Assembly: GCA_902727865.1 (NCBI GenBank)
Contig: CACVAQ010000010.1
Coordinates: forward strand, 1-47,672
Origin: an uncultured Aureispira sp.
GTDB taxonomy: Bacteria > Bacteroidota > Bacteroidia > Chitinophagales > Saprospiraceae
Direction: 5' to 3'
Length of the DNA stretch: 47,672 nt
Shown: in pieces, positions 38,576 through 47,262 of the stretch
Numbering within the stretch: position 1 is the first letter of the stretch
Layout: every line of letters starts with the position of its first letter
The notes under the pieces: model-generated
What the model was told of the DNA's origin: nothing
What the model saw: only the letters and a program-made list of their open reading frames with translations
Database searches by the model: none
Position numbers and translations under genes: made by a program

Positions 38576-39112
38576 TTAATCATCAATCTCTGATTCATCA
38601 TAATCCAACAAACCCTCTGGCAAATCCATGACAACTATTTTTTTATCTTCATCAACAGATAAAATCCATGCAGTTCTCAAAGGCACTAAAAATGATTTTC
38701 CACCTTGTTTTACGGTAGCCATTTCTTGCTGTGGATATTCCTCTACCGCTTCTATCCTACCAAACTTTCCGAGCTCTTCGACATGCAGTTCATATCCCTC
38801 CAAATAGCTAAACTCTAAACCCGTATCGTTAATCTCTTCTTCACTCAAATTAATATCACTTCGACGCAAATACAAAGCCTTGCTTGTAAACAAACTAGCA
38901 TCCTCTTTTGTATTAATGTCTTCAAACTTCATAATCAACGTCCCTTTTCCTCTTAGATAGTCAATAAAGTACGGTGTTTTTTCGCTCTTAATCTCTACAA
39001 AAAAAGCATCTACCTCAGCGACATCGTCCCAAAAACGTTCGTCAATATCTCCCTTCACTTCGCCACTTAAACCATGAGGCTTTCTAATTCGACCAATTTC
39101 AACGTAATCCAT
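38576..39112 (-). CDS. rimM: Ribosome maturation factor RimM
   Basis: IGRIRKPHGLSGEV; PRC-barrel C-terminus LVP...VMDLPEGLL. Confidence 0.92.
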   Translation of the reverse strand: MDYVEIGRIRKPHGLSGEVKGDIDERFWDDVAEVDAFFVEIKSEKTPYFIDYLRGKGTLIMKFEDINTKEDASLFTSKALYLRRSDINLSEEEINDTGLEFSYLEGYELHVEELGKFGRIEAVEEYPQQEMATVKQGGKSFLVPLRTAWILSVDEDKKIVVMDLPEGLLDYDESEIDD

Positions 39113-39164
39113 TTACTTATATAATTTTCTAAAACCTTTCTATTTGTTTTTTTGTTAGTATAAT

Positions 39165-39292
39165 TGATAATTCGGTAATGCTTTGCTTAAAAATCAAAAA
39201 AGCATCATTTTATTAGCTTGATTTACAAACCTTTAAAAAAATCAACTCAACATCTATGAATCCATCTAATAAAGGTTTCTGCCGAACTACTC
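39165..39292. mobile_element. MITE-like structured element (E3) with a 6-bp flanking duplication
   Basis: TAaTTCGG ... CCGAAcTA terminal stem; AAAAAAGCATC..ATTAG.TTGATT shared with E1; inner stem TTATTAGCTTGATT / AATCCATCTAATAA; TATAAT direct repeat at 39159-39164 and 39293-39298. Confidence 0.68.
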
Positions 39293-39325
39293 TATAATCA
39301 AACACAAAGATTAAAAATACTTGTG

Positions 39326-39333
39326 TATCTTTG
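39326..39333 (+). promoter_or_regulatory. -7 promoter box for ytxJ
   Basis: TATCTTTG, with a second match TACTTTTG immediately after. Confidence 0.45.
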
Positions 39334-39413
39334 TACTTTTGCCTGATTAAAATCAGAATTAAATTATGTTCAAATTATATAAAAAGATATTTCAACCCAA
39401 AACAAGTAATCAA

Positions 39414-39737
39414 ATGAAGTGGAAAGAGCTCAATAGCATCAATGATTTAGAAACTGCTTTAAAGGCATCACACGAACAACCCGTCGCGTTATTCAAACAC
39501 AGTACTCGTTGCTCTGTTAGCTTAATGGCAAAAAAGAGTGTCGAACGTTTTTGGGATTTAGATATTGATGCCTACTACCTAGATTTGATTGCGCATAGAG
39601 ATGTCTCGAATTCAATTGCCGAGCAATTAGAGGTACAGCACCAATCGCCCCAAATGGTTTTAGTCAAAGACGGCAAGGCAATTTACAATGCCTCACATGG
39701 TTCTATTGATGTAGATGCGATGGGAGAATTATTATAA
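39414..39737 (+). CDS. ytxJ: YtxJ/BrxC-like monothiol thioredoxin-fold protein (DUF2847)
   Basis: FKHSTRCSVS, YYLDLIAHRDVSN, VQHQSPQ, ASHGSI; start set at MKWKEL. Confidence 0.88.
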   Translation: MKWKELNSINDLETALKASHEQPVALFKHSTRCSVSLMAKKSVERFWDLDIDAYYLDLIAHRDVSNSIAEQLEVQHQSPQMVLVKDGKAIYNASHGSIDVDAMGELL

Positions 39738-39831
39738 CGAAACATCTAAAATCGCCCTATAAAGCAAGCCCTGAAGTCAATTTAAGAAAAAGCAACTTTT
39801 ATAGACGACAGCACACTGCCCTTCGAATAAA

Positions 39832-39866
39832 AAAGGGGGTACTCAACAATTGCTGAGTACCCCTTT
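39832..39866. terminator. Terminator hairpin between convergent genes
   Basis: AAAGGGGGTACTCA...TGAGTACCCCTTT. Confidence 0.75.
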
Positions 39867-39888
39867 ATATATTGTTAGAGCCTATGTT

Positions 39889-40635
39889 TTACTTAATTAC
39901 CGTTACTGTCAAGTCTTTGAAATAAGCATCCGTAGACGTACCAATCCATAGAGCAACTTTACCGCTGTTGGTCACTGAAAATTGGTTATCAACTGTCATT
40001 GAAGGAGCTGGAGCATTGTCAATATAAATAGCCGTTGTACTTTCGCCTATAACATATTTGTAATGGTGCCAAGTATCAATAGCAATACTTGCTGGCTTTT
40101 CATACACTTCAGGATGAGATGCTCTTAGCGCTAAAAAGTGGTAATTAGGTTCAGAAAAATACTGTAGCCCATGTATCACTTGTGTTGCACTTGGGAATGG
40201 ATCGTTCAACAATCCGTTTGTTCCCCTTGCATAAATTCCTTCATAAGTAACGCCATCATCTTGTAGCCTATATGCCAATCCTGCAAAGCCTCTAGAAAAA
40301 GGATTCGCATATTGATTTAACTGAATAGCCATATCAAATTCAACTATTCCTGTGTACATTTCTACCGGCAAAGTTGCATATGCCTCTGGTCCTATCATAG
40401 TTCCAACAGCCATAGAATCATCCACTGCTTGCTGGCGTGCAGGCGTTACATTTACTTTTGTTGCTGCTGCTCCCAAATAAGTAACATCGGTAAGATCAGT
40501 ATTTTTAGCTGTTAAATTTGCTGCTGCAATATCAATACTTTCCATCACTGGCTCTGGAGTGATTACCTCCTCAGTACAGGATGAGAATAATAAAATAGTA
40601 CCAATCATACTATACAATAAAATAATGTTTTTCAT
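39889..40635 (-). CDS. Lipoprotein with a concanavalin-like (DUF1080-like) beta-sandwich
   Basis: Lipobox LFSSC; GFAGLAYR, DTWHHYKYVI, SGKVALWIG, AYFKDLTV. Confidence 0.7.
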   Translation of the reverse strand: MKNIILLYSMIGTILLFSSCTEEVITPEPVMESIDIAAANLTAKNTDLTDVTYLGAAATKVNVTPARQQAVDDSMAVGTMIGPEAYATLPVEMYTGIVEFDMAIQLNQYANPFSRGFAGLAYRLQDDGVTYEGIYARGTNGLLNDPFPSATQVIHGLQYFSEPNYHFLALRASHPEVYEKPASIAIDTWHHYKYVIGESTTAIYIDNAPAPSMTVDNQFSVTNSGKVALWIGTSTDAYFKDLTVTVIK

Positions 40636-40729
40636 CTTTTAAGTTTTAATCTGTGATTTTACTTGCTTTTAAATTCACTTTTAGACTTTTAGGACCTTTT
40701 ACACTGGCTCTAACAGGTGGGGTATGCTC

Positions 40730-40779
40730 TTTGGTAAAGTGTAGCGTCCTACCTCTTTACCAAATGGCTTGCAAACATA
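40730..40779 (-). promoter_or_regulatory. -7 box plus 5'-leader hairpin of the lipoprotein gene
   Basis: TATGTTTG (40779-40772), then the 10-bp perfect stem TTTGGTAAAG/CTTTACCAAA with inner GTAG/CTAC. Confidence 0.5.
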
Positions 40780-40825
40780 GTATTTTTTTATTAAAAAAAA
40801 ATAGATTCATAGTTCTAATAAATCG

Positions 40826-40993
40826 TACTCCCTTGTTTTTTAAAATTTTTACTTAGCTACGCTGCTACTTCGTTACTTACGTGAAGTCACTTTGTTAGTC
40901 GCTAAGCTCCTGAGCGCTGCGCTTTAGTTCCCTTCCTTCGGGTGCTATAATTTGCCACAGCGGACTTTTTTTCTTTTTAAGAACAATAGGAGT
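40826..40993. repeat. IR-bounded element with GC-rich REP-like cargo
   Basis: TACTCCcTTGTTtTTTAAAA ... TTTTAAGAACAAtaGGAGT ends; internal mini-palindromes such as AGCGCTGCGCT. Confidence 0.5.
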
Positions 40994-41354
40994 TTATCAG
41001 CCCAAAAAAATCGCTATATTCTTAGCCTGCAAGATAGCTGATTATTATATAGTTACACAAAAAAAAATGCAGCATGTAACAAGCATACAAATATTTGTAA
41101 CGACCGTACAACTTTTGACAAAAATAAGTTGCTTATATCTTTTTTCGATAGTCACTTATTTTAGCCTTCTGTTTGTAGATGGTTTTGAAAAGAAAAGAAG
41201 CAGATAGAAAAACAAAACATAAGTACTTACCTATTGTTGGTTTTCAAAATCAGATAAAAGGATCTGGAAGAATTCAACCAGCAAGATTGAACTTTCTAGA
41301 TTCTTATCTCCCTTGCTCAAACAAAAAAAGGAGCGCTGAAAGTTTTACACCGTC

Positions 41355-42164
41355 TTACATCCCTTCCGAAAATAAAAAATCTGGCACATCTGCTTTTTTC
41401 ATCAAAACCAGTTTACCAATTTCATTCTCATGCACCAAGACCATTCCTTCATTAGGTCTCTTCCTCAATTCTTGTGTTAAGTTATGCGCCACAAAAACGA
41501 CTTCTTGGTTCACCAATTCAGTCAATTTATACAATTTACCGATTCTACTAATCGTTGTATACTCCTTCCCATCTGCAAGAAGTGTTAATTGCACAAAACG
41601 CTTTGTTCCGCTAACTTCTTTCGCATCAATAATTCGTCCAGCCTTAAAATTCACCTCCGCATAATAATCGGCATTAATAGCACGTCGGATAGGATAATTT
41701 AATTTTCGAGTCAGAACTTCCTGTTGCAACCACAAATCTTTTAGTTGCTGCTCTGGCGTTTTACTGTTACAAATTACACGTACAGGGAAACCGCTTGGCA
41801 CATAAATCTGTGCAAGAACTTGATCCGTCAATGGAATTCCTTGTATAGTTATGGCATGATCTATTTCTGGCATGTGAATCCGAATAATTTGATCTTTCCG
41901 CTTTCCTTTAACACTATAACGTCCATTTTGAGCTAACTTTCGCAATAGTTCATCTGGCATGCTAAAGGATTCTATTTGTGTAAACACTCGCACCGTTTTC
42001 CGATCCCAATCAATGAGTTCATAAGGGATTTGCAAATCAATCAAAATCGTATCACTAGTCCTCAAAGAGAAAGAGCGCACATATTCTCTTAAGAATTTAG
42101 ATTGGGCAAATCCCATTTCATTCAATAAACATAAACTAAGGAGAATCAAGAAAACCTTTTTCAT
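41355..42164 (-). CDS. Signal-peptide protein with a C-terminal tRNA-binding OB-fold (Trbp111/CsaA/MetG-C-like)
   Basis: MKKVFLILLSLCLLNEMGFAQ signal; C-terminal VNFKAGRIIDAKEV...NEGMVL aligns with the IDFRVGTITAAEKI...SQGMVL domain of the adjacent MetG. Confidence 0.7.
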   Translation of the reverse strand: MKKVFLILLSLCLLNEMGFAQSKFLREYVRSFSLRTSDTILIDLQIPYELIDWDRKTVRVFTQIESFSMPDELLRKLAQNGRYSVKGKRKDQIIRIHMPEIDHAITIQGIPLTDQVLAQIYVPSGFPVRVICNSKTPEQQLKDLWLQQEVLTRKLNYPIRRAINADYYAEVNFKAGRIIDAKEVSGTKRFVQLTLLADGKEYTTISRIGKLYKLTELVNQEVVFVAHNLTQELRKRPNEGMVLVHENEIGKLVLMKKADVPDFLFSEGM

Positions 42165-42221
42165 GTTAGAGTTTTATATTTTGGAGTAAGAAGTTGTTAC
42201 AAATAGTTTTGGGACAAATAC

Positions 42222-42353
42222 GATTCGCTTTCTTGTAGCGTTTTGCAGAACAATAAGAAATTCTTTAAATGTAGTACAACAAAATGTTTATTTTGGAGAC
42301 ACCTCCACTCTGAACCACTTAAGCAAGCAGGCAAAACGCTACAGAAAAGCGCT
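42222..42353. mobile_element. 132-bp IR-bounded element with a 6-bp flanking direct repeat
   Basis: TGTAGCGTTTTGC (42234-42246) / GCAAAACGCTACA (42331-42343) 13-bp perfect IR, 19/21 when extended; AAATAC at 42216-42221 and 42354-42359. Confidence 0.6.
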
Positions 42354-42397
42354 AAATACAGTTAAACGAACAGTTCAGCTATCAAATAGTTCATTCC

Positions 42398-44605
42398 TTA
42401 ACGAATCGCTCCACCGTTAATTGCAAGCTCTTGCGGGCCAACAAAGATCAATTTACCTTCTTTATTTTCTGCCATTAAAACCATTCCTTGCGACTCAATA
42501 CCCATCATTTCTCGTGGAGCCAAGTTTGCGACCAAGGTTACTTGTTGTCCAATAATTGCTTCTGGCTCATAATGCAAGGCAATCCCCGAAACAACCGTTC
42601 TAGTTTCAAAGCCTAAATCTATCGTTAGTTTTAATAATTTTTTTGCTTTTTTAATTTTTTCTGCGGCTGTAATTGTTCCTACACGGAAATCTATTTTTGT
42701 AAAATCATCAAAGGTACAAGCTTTTTTTATCGCCTCAGGTTCTTTTTCTTCTTGCGCTTTTGCCGCAGCCATTTTTTTCTTCAATACTTCTAATTTTTCC
42801 TTCTGAAGATCAATCAAAGCCAATCTAGATTTATCTTTTCGGTCGTTGATTTTAGCGAACAACAATTCTGGTGGATTGATTTTATGTCCAGCAGAAATCA
42901 AATCGCCGCCGTCTCTCAAGACTTCTTTTAAGACCTCAAAATCACCTGCTTGTAAAGGCTCTAAGGCTAATAAGTTCCTTAATTTTGCAGAAGTAAACGG
43001 CAAAAATGGCTGACTTGCCACACTTAAAATAGTTGCAATTTGCACACTTAGATTCATAATGCCTTTTACCAAATCAGAATCTGGCGCTCCTTTCCAAACT
43101 TTCCAAGGCTCATTTCTTTGTAATAAGACATTAGCATAAGCAGAAATGTCCATCAAAGCCTGTATCCCATTCTTAAATTCATACTTTAGAATACAAGCCT
43201 CTAAGAGTTCTACCTTCGTGAGTAAAACCTTCGTCGCTTCACCCAAAGTAGTCGTTGTCCCTTCTTCTACATCTTTGATACGAATCGAAGCATCTGCTGC
43301 GGGCACTTCTCCTTGATAATAATTTTGTGTTAGATTAATGACCCGATTTACTAAATTTCCTAAGTTGGCAACCAATTCATTATCATGCAAAGCAACAAAC
43401 TCGTCCCATTTAAAATCACCGTCTTTATTTTCTGGCAAGGTACGAATGAGGGCATAACGCAAGGCATCCTCCTTGTTTGGAAAGGCCTCAAAGTCTTTCA
43501 AATATTCGTGTTGCTCAATCACCCATCCTTTCGATTTAGAGAACTTGCGCCCTTCTAAGTTGAGAAATTGGTTGGCAGGCACCGCTTTAGGCAAGGCATA
43601 ATCGCCATGAGCATGCAACATCGCAGGAAAGACAATACAGTGAAAGACAATATTGTCTTTTCCAATAAAATGGACTAATTCTACATCATCTCCTTTCCAA
43701 TACGATTCCCAATCCTTGTTGTTTTCCAAAGCCCATTGCTTGGTGGCCGAAATATAGCCAATTGGCGCATCAAACCAGACGTATAACACTTTCCCTTCTC
43801 CACCTTCGACAGGTACAGGAATCCCCCAGGTCAAATCACGCGTAATTGCTCTAGGCAGCAAGCCACCTGATTCTTCTCCAGTCTCTTTATTAACTTTCTT
43901 TTCTAACCAAGAATTACATTGACCAATGACATGCGCTTTCCAAGTAGCAGGGTCATGCAATTTTTTGCCGTCTACGGTTCCATTATTCACCCATCCTTTC
44001 AACCATTCGCCATGCTTATCTAGTCTAAAATACCAATGTTTTGTTTTTCTAAGGACAGGTTTTTTTCCACTCATCGTTGAGCGAGGCTCAATTAACTCAG
44101 TTGGAGACAAGGTCGTTCCACAACTCTCACACTGATCGCCATAGGCCTCTTTATGTCCACACTTTGGGCAAGTACCAATAATGTAACGGTCTGCCAAAAA
44201 CTGGTCAAATGCTTCGTCGTAATACTGTTCCGATTCTTTCACCTCAAACTCGTCCCCTTTTTCCACCAACTTCTTAAAGAAATCCTGTGCGGTTTTGTGA
44301 TGCAGCGGGTTGCTAGTACGGTCATATTGATCAAAAGAAATCCCCAAACGTTCAAAGGTCTCTTTGTTTAAATTATGATAGGTATCTATAATATCTTGAG
44401 GGGTTCTCCCTTCTTGTTTGGCACGAATGGTAATGGCAGCACCATGTTCATCTGATCCACAAACAAAGACCACATCTTTTCCTTGTAAACGTAAAAAGCG
44501 GGCATAAATATCGGCTGGCAAATAAGCGCCTGCCAAATGCCCTAAATGCAATGCCCCATTAGCATAAGGTAAGGCTGCTGTTATTGTATGTTTCTTCGTA
44601 TTCAT
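42398..44605 (-). CDS. metG: Methionyl-tRNA synthetase
   Basis: ALPYANGALHLGH, GSDEHG, Zn knuckle CPKC...CESC, YVWFDAPIGY, KFSKS, C-terminal tRNA-binding domain. Confidence 0.97.
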   Translation of the reverse strand: MNTKKHTITAALPYANGALHLGHLAGAYLPADIYARFLRLQGKDVVFVCGSDEHGAAITIRAKQEGRTPQDIIDTYHNLNKETFERLGISFDQYDRTSNPLHHKTAQDFFKKLVEKGDEFEVKESEQYYDEAFDQFLADRYIIGTCPKCGHKEAYGDQCESCGTTLSPTELIEPRSTMSGKKPVLRKTKHWYFRLDKHGEWLKGWVNNGTVDGKKLHDPATWKAHVIGQCNSWLEKKVNKETGEESGGLLPRAITRDLTWGIPVPVEGGEGKVLYVWFDAPIGYISATKQWALENNKDWESYWKGDDVELVHFIGKDNIVFHCIVFPAMLHAHGDYALPKAVPANQFLNLEGRKFSKSKGWVIEQHEYLKDFEAFPNKEDALRYALIRTLPENKDGDFKWDEFVALHDNELVANLGNLVNRVINLTQNYYQGEVPAADASIRIKDVEEGTTTTLGEATKVLLTKVELLEACILKYEFKNGIQALMDISAYANVLLQRNEPWKVWKGAPDSDLVKGIMNLSVQIATILSVASQPFLPFTSAKLRNLLALEPLQAGDFEVLKEVLRDGGDLISAGHKINPPELLFAKINDRKDKSRLALIDLQKEKLEVLKKKMAAAKAQEEKEPEAIKKACTFDDFTKIDFRVGTITAAEKIKKAKKLLKLTIDLGFETRTVVSGIALHYEPEAIIGQQVTLVANLAPREMMGIESQGMVLMAENKEGKLIFVGPQELAINGGAIR

Positions 44606-44921
44606 CGTTATTTTTTTTCGTTGATTCGTCTAGGCTTTGGAAAATTAGTTTCAAGTATATTTCAATCAATTCATACCCTTCAACAACTAATTTAGTTCCC
44701 CTAAGAACAAAAATAAACACTAGGCTTAAAAAAGCTAGTGTTTATTGTATTTTTTATATAAAAATCTTGTTTTTATATCTGTTTTGTATGTTAATAATTA
44801 AGTCGTCCAATGAAGCAGATGCGAAAACACTCCCTACCTACTGTTATGAAAAAGAAAAAGAGTAGGCTGTGGCAAAAATCAGCTGCACTGCGTCTTTAAG
44901 TTGTCAAAGACCCTTAAATAT

Positions 44922-46415
44922 TTATCCCATCATTCTTGCATGTACAAAAGAATAACCGCTAATAATAGAGTAGCCTAAAAATACTAAAATATGAAAAGGC
45001 AACATTCCTACAATACCGTAATAAATAGAAATCACAATAGTAGATAAGAACATCAAGGCGAATAATAATTCTACTTTAGCAATTGGGCTAACGCCTTTAG
45101 ACATATATTTATTTGCCGACCAACCTTTTTTCTGTTTGGCATCTTCCAAGTTAAATTTTGGTGTACGAACGAAAGGCGTTTTCTTTCCAATATAACCTTC
45201 GACAGCAGCCATCGCATTGTGCAAGCCCATTCCCATAGACAAAGCTAAAAAGAAAGGGAAGCGAATGATAAAAGAGAATAAATTTTTAATAGAAAAACCG
45301 CCTCTTGTATGCTCGTAAGACAACCAGAAAAATAAAGAAACCATAATCATATTCAAAGAACCTAAAGCAGCATATCCTAACACATCATTATAGATAGAAG
45401 TATCTCCTTGATGAACATATTGTACCCAAACCAATGGAATACTACTCAAAGAAAGCATTAAAATACAAATAAAAATACCTGTATTCATCAAATGCGAAAT
45501 CGCATGTAACTTATCTACAAGCCCCATTTCTTTAGCTTTCATGACCCTAGGCAAGTTTTTAATAGCACATTCCGCAGCACCTTTAGTCCATCTAAATTGT
45601 TGGCTTTTAAACGCATTCATAACGACAGGTAATTCAGCTGGAGTTGTTACATCCCCCAAATATTTGAAGACCCAACCTTTCAATTGTGCACGATAACTCA
45701 AATCTAAATCTTCCGTCAATGTATCCGAAGACCAACCACCAGCATCTTCGATACAAGCACGTCTCCAAAGACCAGCCGTACCGTTAAAGTTGATGAAATG
45801 CCCTGACATGTTACGCCCCATTTGTTCGACCACAAAATGCGCATCTAATGCTAAAGCTTGCATTTCTGTCAAGAAAGAATAGCCTTTGTTCATGTGTTCC
45901 CAACGGGTTTGAACCACACCAATGTTAGCCTCTTTAAAATAAGGAATGGTGCGCTTCAAAAAGTCGGTATGAGGAATAAAGTCGGCATCAAATACAGCGA
46001 CAAATTCACCTTCTGAAATGGTCAAGCCATAAGCCAATGCGCCCGCCTTGAAACCAACACGCTCTGGACGACGCACATGCTTGATGTCCCAGCCGTAAGA
46101 TTCTAAAGCCTTAATTTTATTTGCAATAATTTGAACGGTTTCGTCCGTAGAGTCATCCAATACTTGAATTTCTACTTTGTCTTTTGGATAATCTAACAAA
46201 ACGATTGCATCCAAAAGGCGTTCTATTACATAAAGTTCGTTGTAAACAGGTAACTGTATCGTTACGGTAGGTACAAAGTCGTCCGTCATTACAGCATTAT
46301 TGTTCTCTTTTCGGCGTCTCCACCAAAAGCTAATAGCAAGGTGCAGTTGCACACAACTATAAAGAAAAATAAAAATGAGGGGAAGCACATATAATGTAAT
46401 AATGAATATTTCCAC
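44922..46415 (-). CDS. GT2 processive glycosyltransferase (cellulose synthase-like / CslA-like), membrane-bound
   Basis: QLPVYNE, LDDSTD, FDADF, TEDLDL, QQFRW (D,D,D,QxxRW) plus transmembrane helices. Confidence 0.9.
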   Translation of the reverse strand: MEIFIITLYVLPLIFIFLYSCVQLHLAISFWWRRRKENNNAVMTDDFVPTVTIQLPVYNELYVIERLLDAIVLLDYPKDKVEIQVLDDSTDETVQIIANKIKALESYGWDIKHVRRPERVGFKAGALAYGLTISEGEFVAVFDADFIPHTDFLKRTIPYFKEANIGVVQTRWEHMNKGYSFLTEMQALALDAHFVVEQMGRNMSGHFINFNGTAGLWRRACIEDAGGWSSDTLTEDLDLSYRAQLKGWVFKYLGDVTTPAELPVVMNAFKSQQFRWTKGAAECAIKNLPRVMKAKEMGLVDKLHAISHLMNTGIFICILMLSLSSIPLVWVQYVHQGDTSIYNDVLGYAALGSLNMIMVSLFFWLSYEHTRGGFSIKNLFSFIIRFPFFLALSMGMGLHNAMAAVEGYIGKKTPFVRTPKFNLEDAKQKKGWSANKYMSKGVSPIAKVELLFALMFLSTIVISIYYGIVGMLPFHILVFLGYSIISGYSFVHARMMG

Positions 46416-46417
46416 GT

Positions 46418-47104
46418 TTATTTATATTTGAATATTGTTGTAATAATTTTATAACCTGCTAAAATAGTTCCTTTAATAGTTCCTGAAATTTTAGATTTGC
46501 CAACTCGTACTCGATAAGAGACTGGAATTTCAATAGATTTTAGTCCTTGCTTTGCAGCTTTGACTTGCATTTCTACGGTCCATCCATAAGTTTCATCACA
46601 CATATTCAAGTCTATCAGTCTGTCGTACTTTATTGCTCGAAAAGGGCCTAAGTCAGTATAAATCACTCCATAAAACCACTTAATGAGCTTTGTTGCTAGC
46701 CAATTGCCAAAAACTTGTTGAGGTGTCATCGAACCACGTTCTTTGTCTCCCAAAGCTCTTGAACCAATCACTAACTCTACATCGTTTTCCAAAATTGGTG
46801 CCACGATTTGCGGCAACTCTTCGGGATGATCTGAATAATCAGCATCCAGAAAAACGACAATATCTGGTTTGCATTCCATCTTTTTTAAATAGTCAATCCC
46901 CTTTAGACAAGCAAAACCATAGCCCTGCCGTACTTCGTCCAGAACAGTAGCTCCTGCTTCTTTTGCTACAATTGCGGTCTGGTCATTTGAATTATTGTTT
47001 ACCACAATCACTTCTTTGACCAAACTTGCAGGAATATCTTGTATGACACGTCCTACTGAATTTTCTTCATTATAGGCAGGAATGATTACAACTATGTTTG
47101 TCAT
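46418..47104 (-). CDS. GT2 glycosyltransferase (DPM-synthase-like)
   Basis: IIPAYNEE, GYGFAC, FLDADYSD, GSR, TDLGPFRAI. Confidence 0.9.
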   Translation of the reverse strand: MTNIVVIIPAYNEENSVGRVIQDIPASLVKEVIVVNNNSNDQTAIVAKEAGATVLDEVRQGYGFACLKGIDYLKKMECKPDIVVFLDADYSDHPEELPQIVAPILENDVELVIGSRALGDKERGSMTPQQVFGNWLATKLIKWFYGVIYTDLGPFRAIKYDRLIDLNMCDETYGWTVEMQVKAAKQGLKSIEIPVSYRVRVGKSKISGTIKGTILAGYKIITTIFKYK

Positions 47105-47254
47105 CTGCGTAATTTAATGTTCTTTCAAGGGACTCTAAAAAGCACTTTTTATCGTTCAAAAACTCAACTAACACACTATCTAGTAATGTGTTACAAAATT
47201 TAAAACAAGAACAAACACCTCTCATAATTCCCTGAAAATGGTTTAAATGTGCCG

Positions 47255-47262
47255 CAAAAGTA
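47255..47262 (-). promoter_or_regulatory. -7 promoter box for the GT2 operon
   Basis: TACTTTTG on the minus strand, 150 nt upstream of the start. Confidence 0.4.

Noticed and set aside
41179-41664. 161-aa plus-strand ORF and the other short antisense ORFs in the track (e.g. 20921..21472, 12968..13336, 14803..15153)
   Set aside because: Shadows of well-supported genes on the opposite strand, with no motifs.
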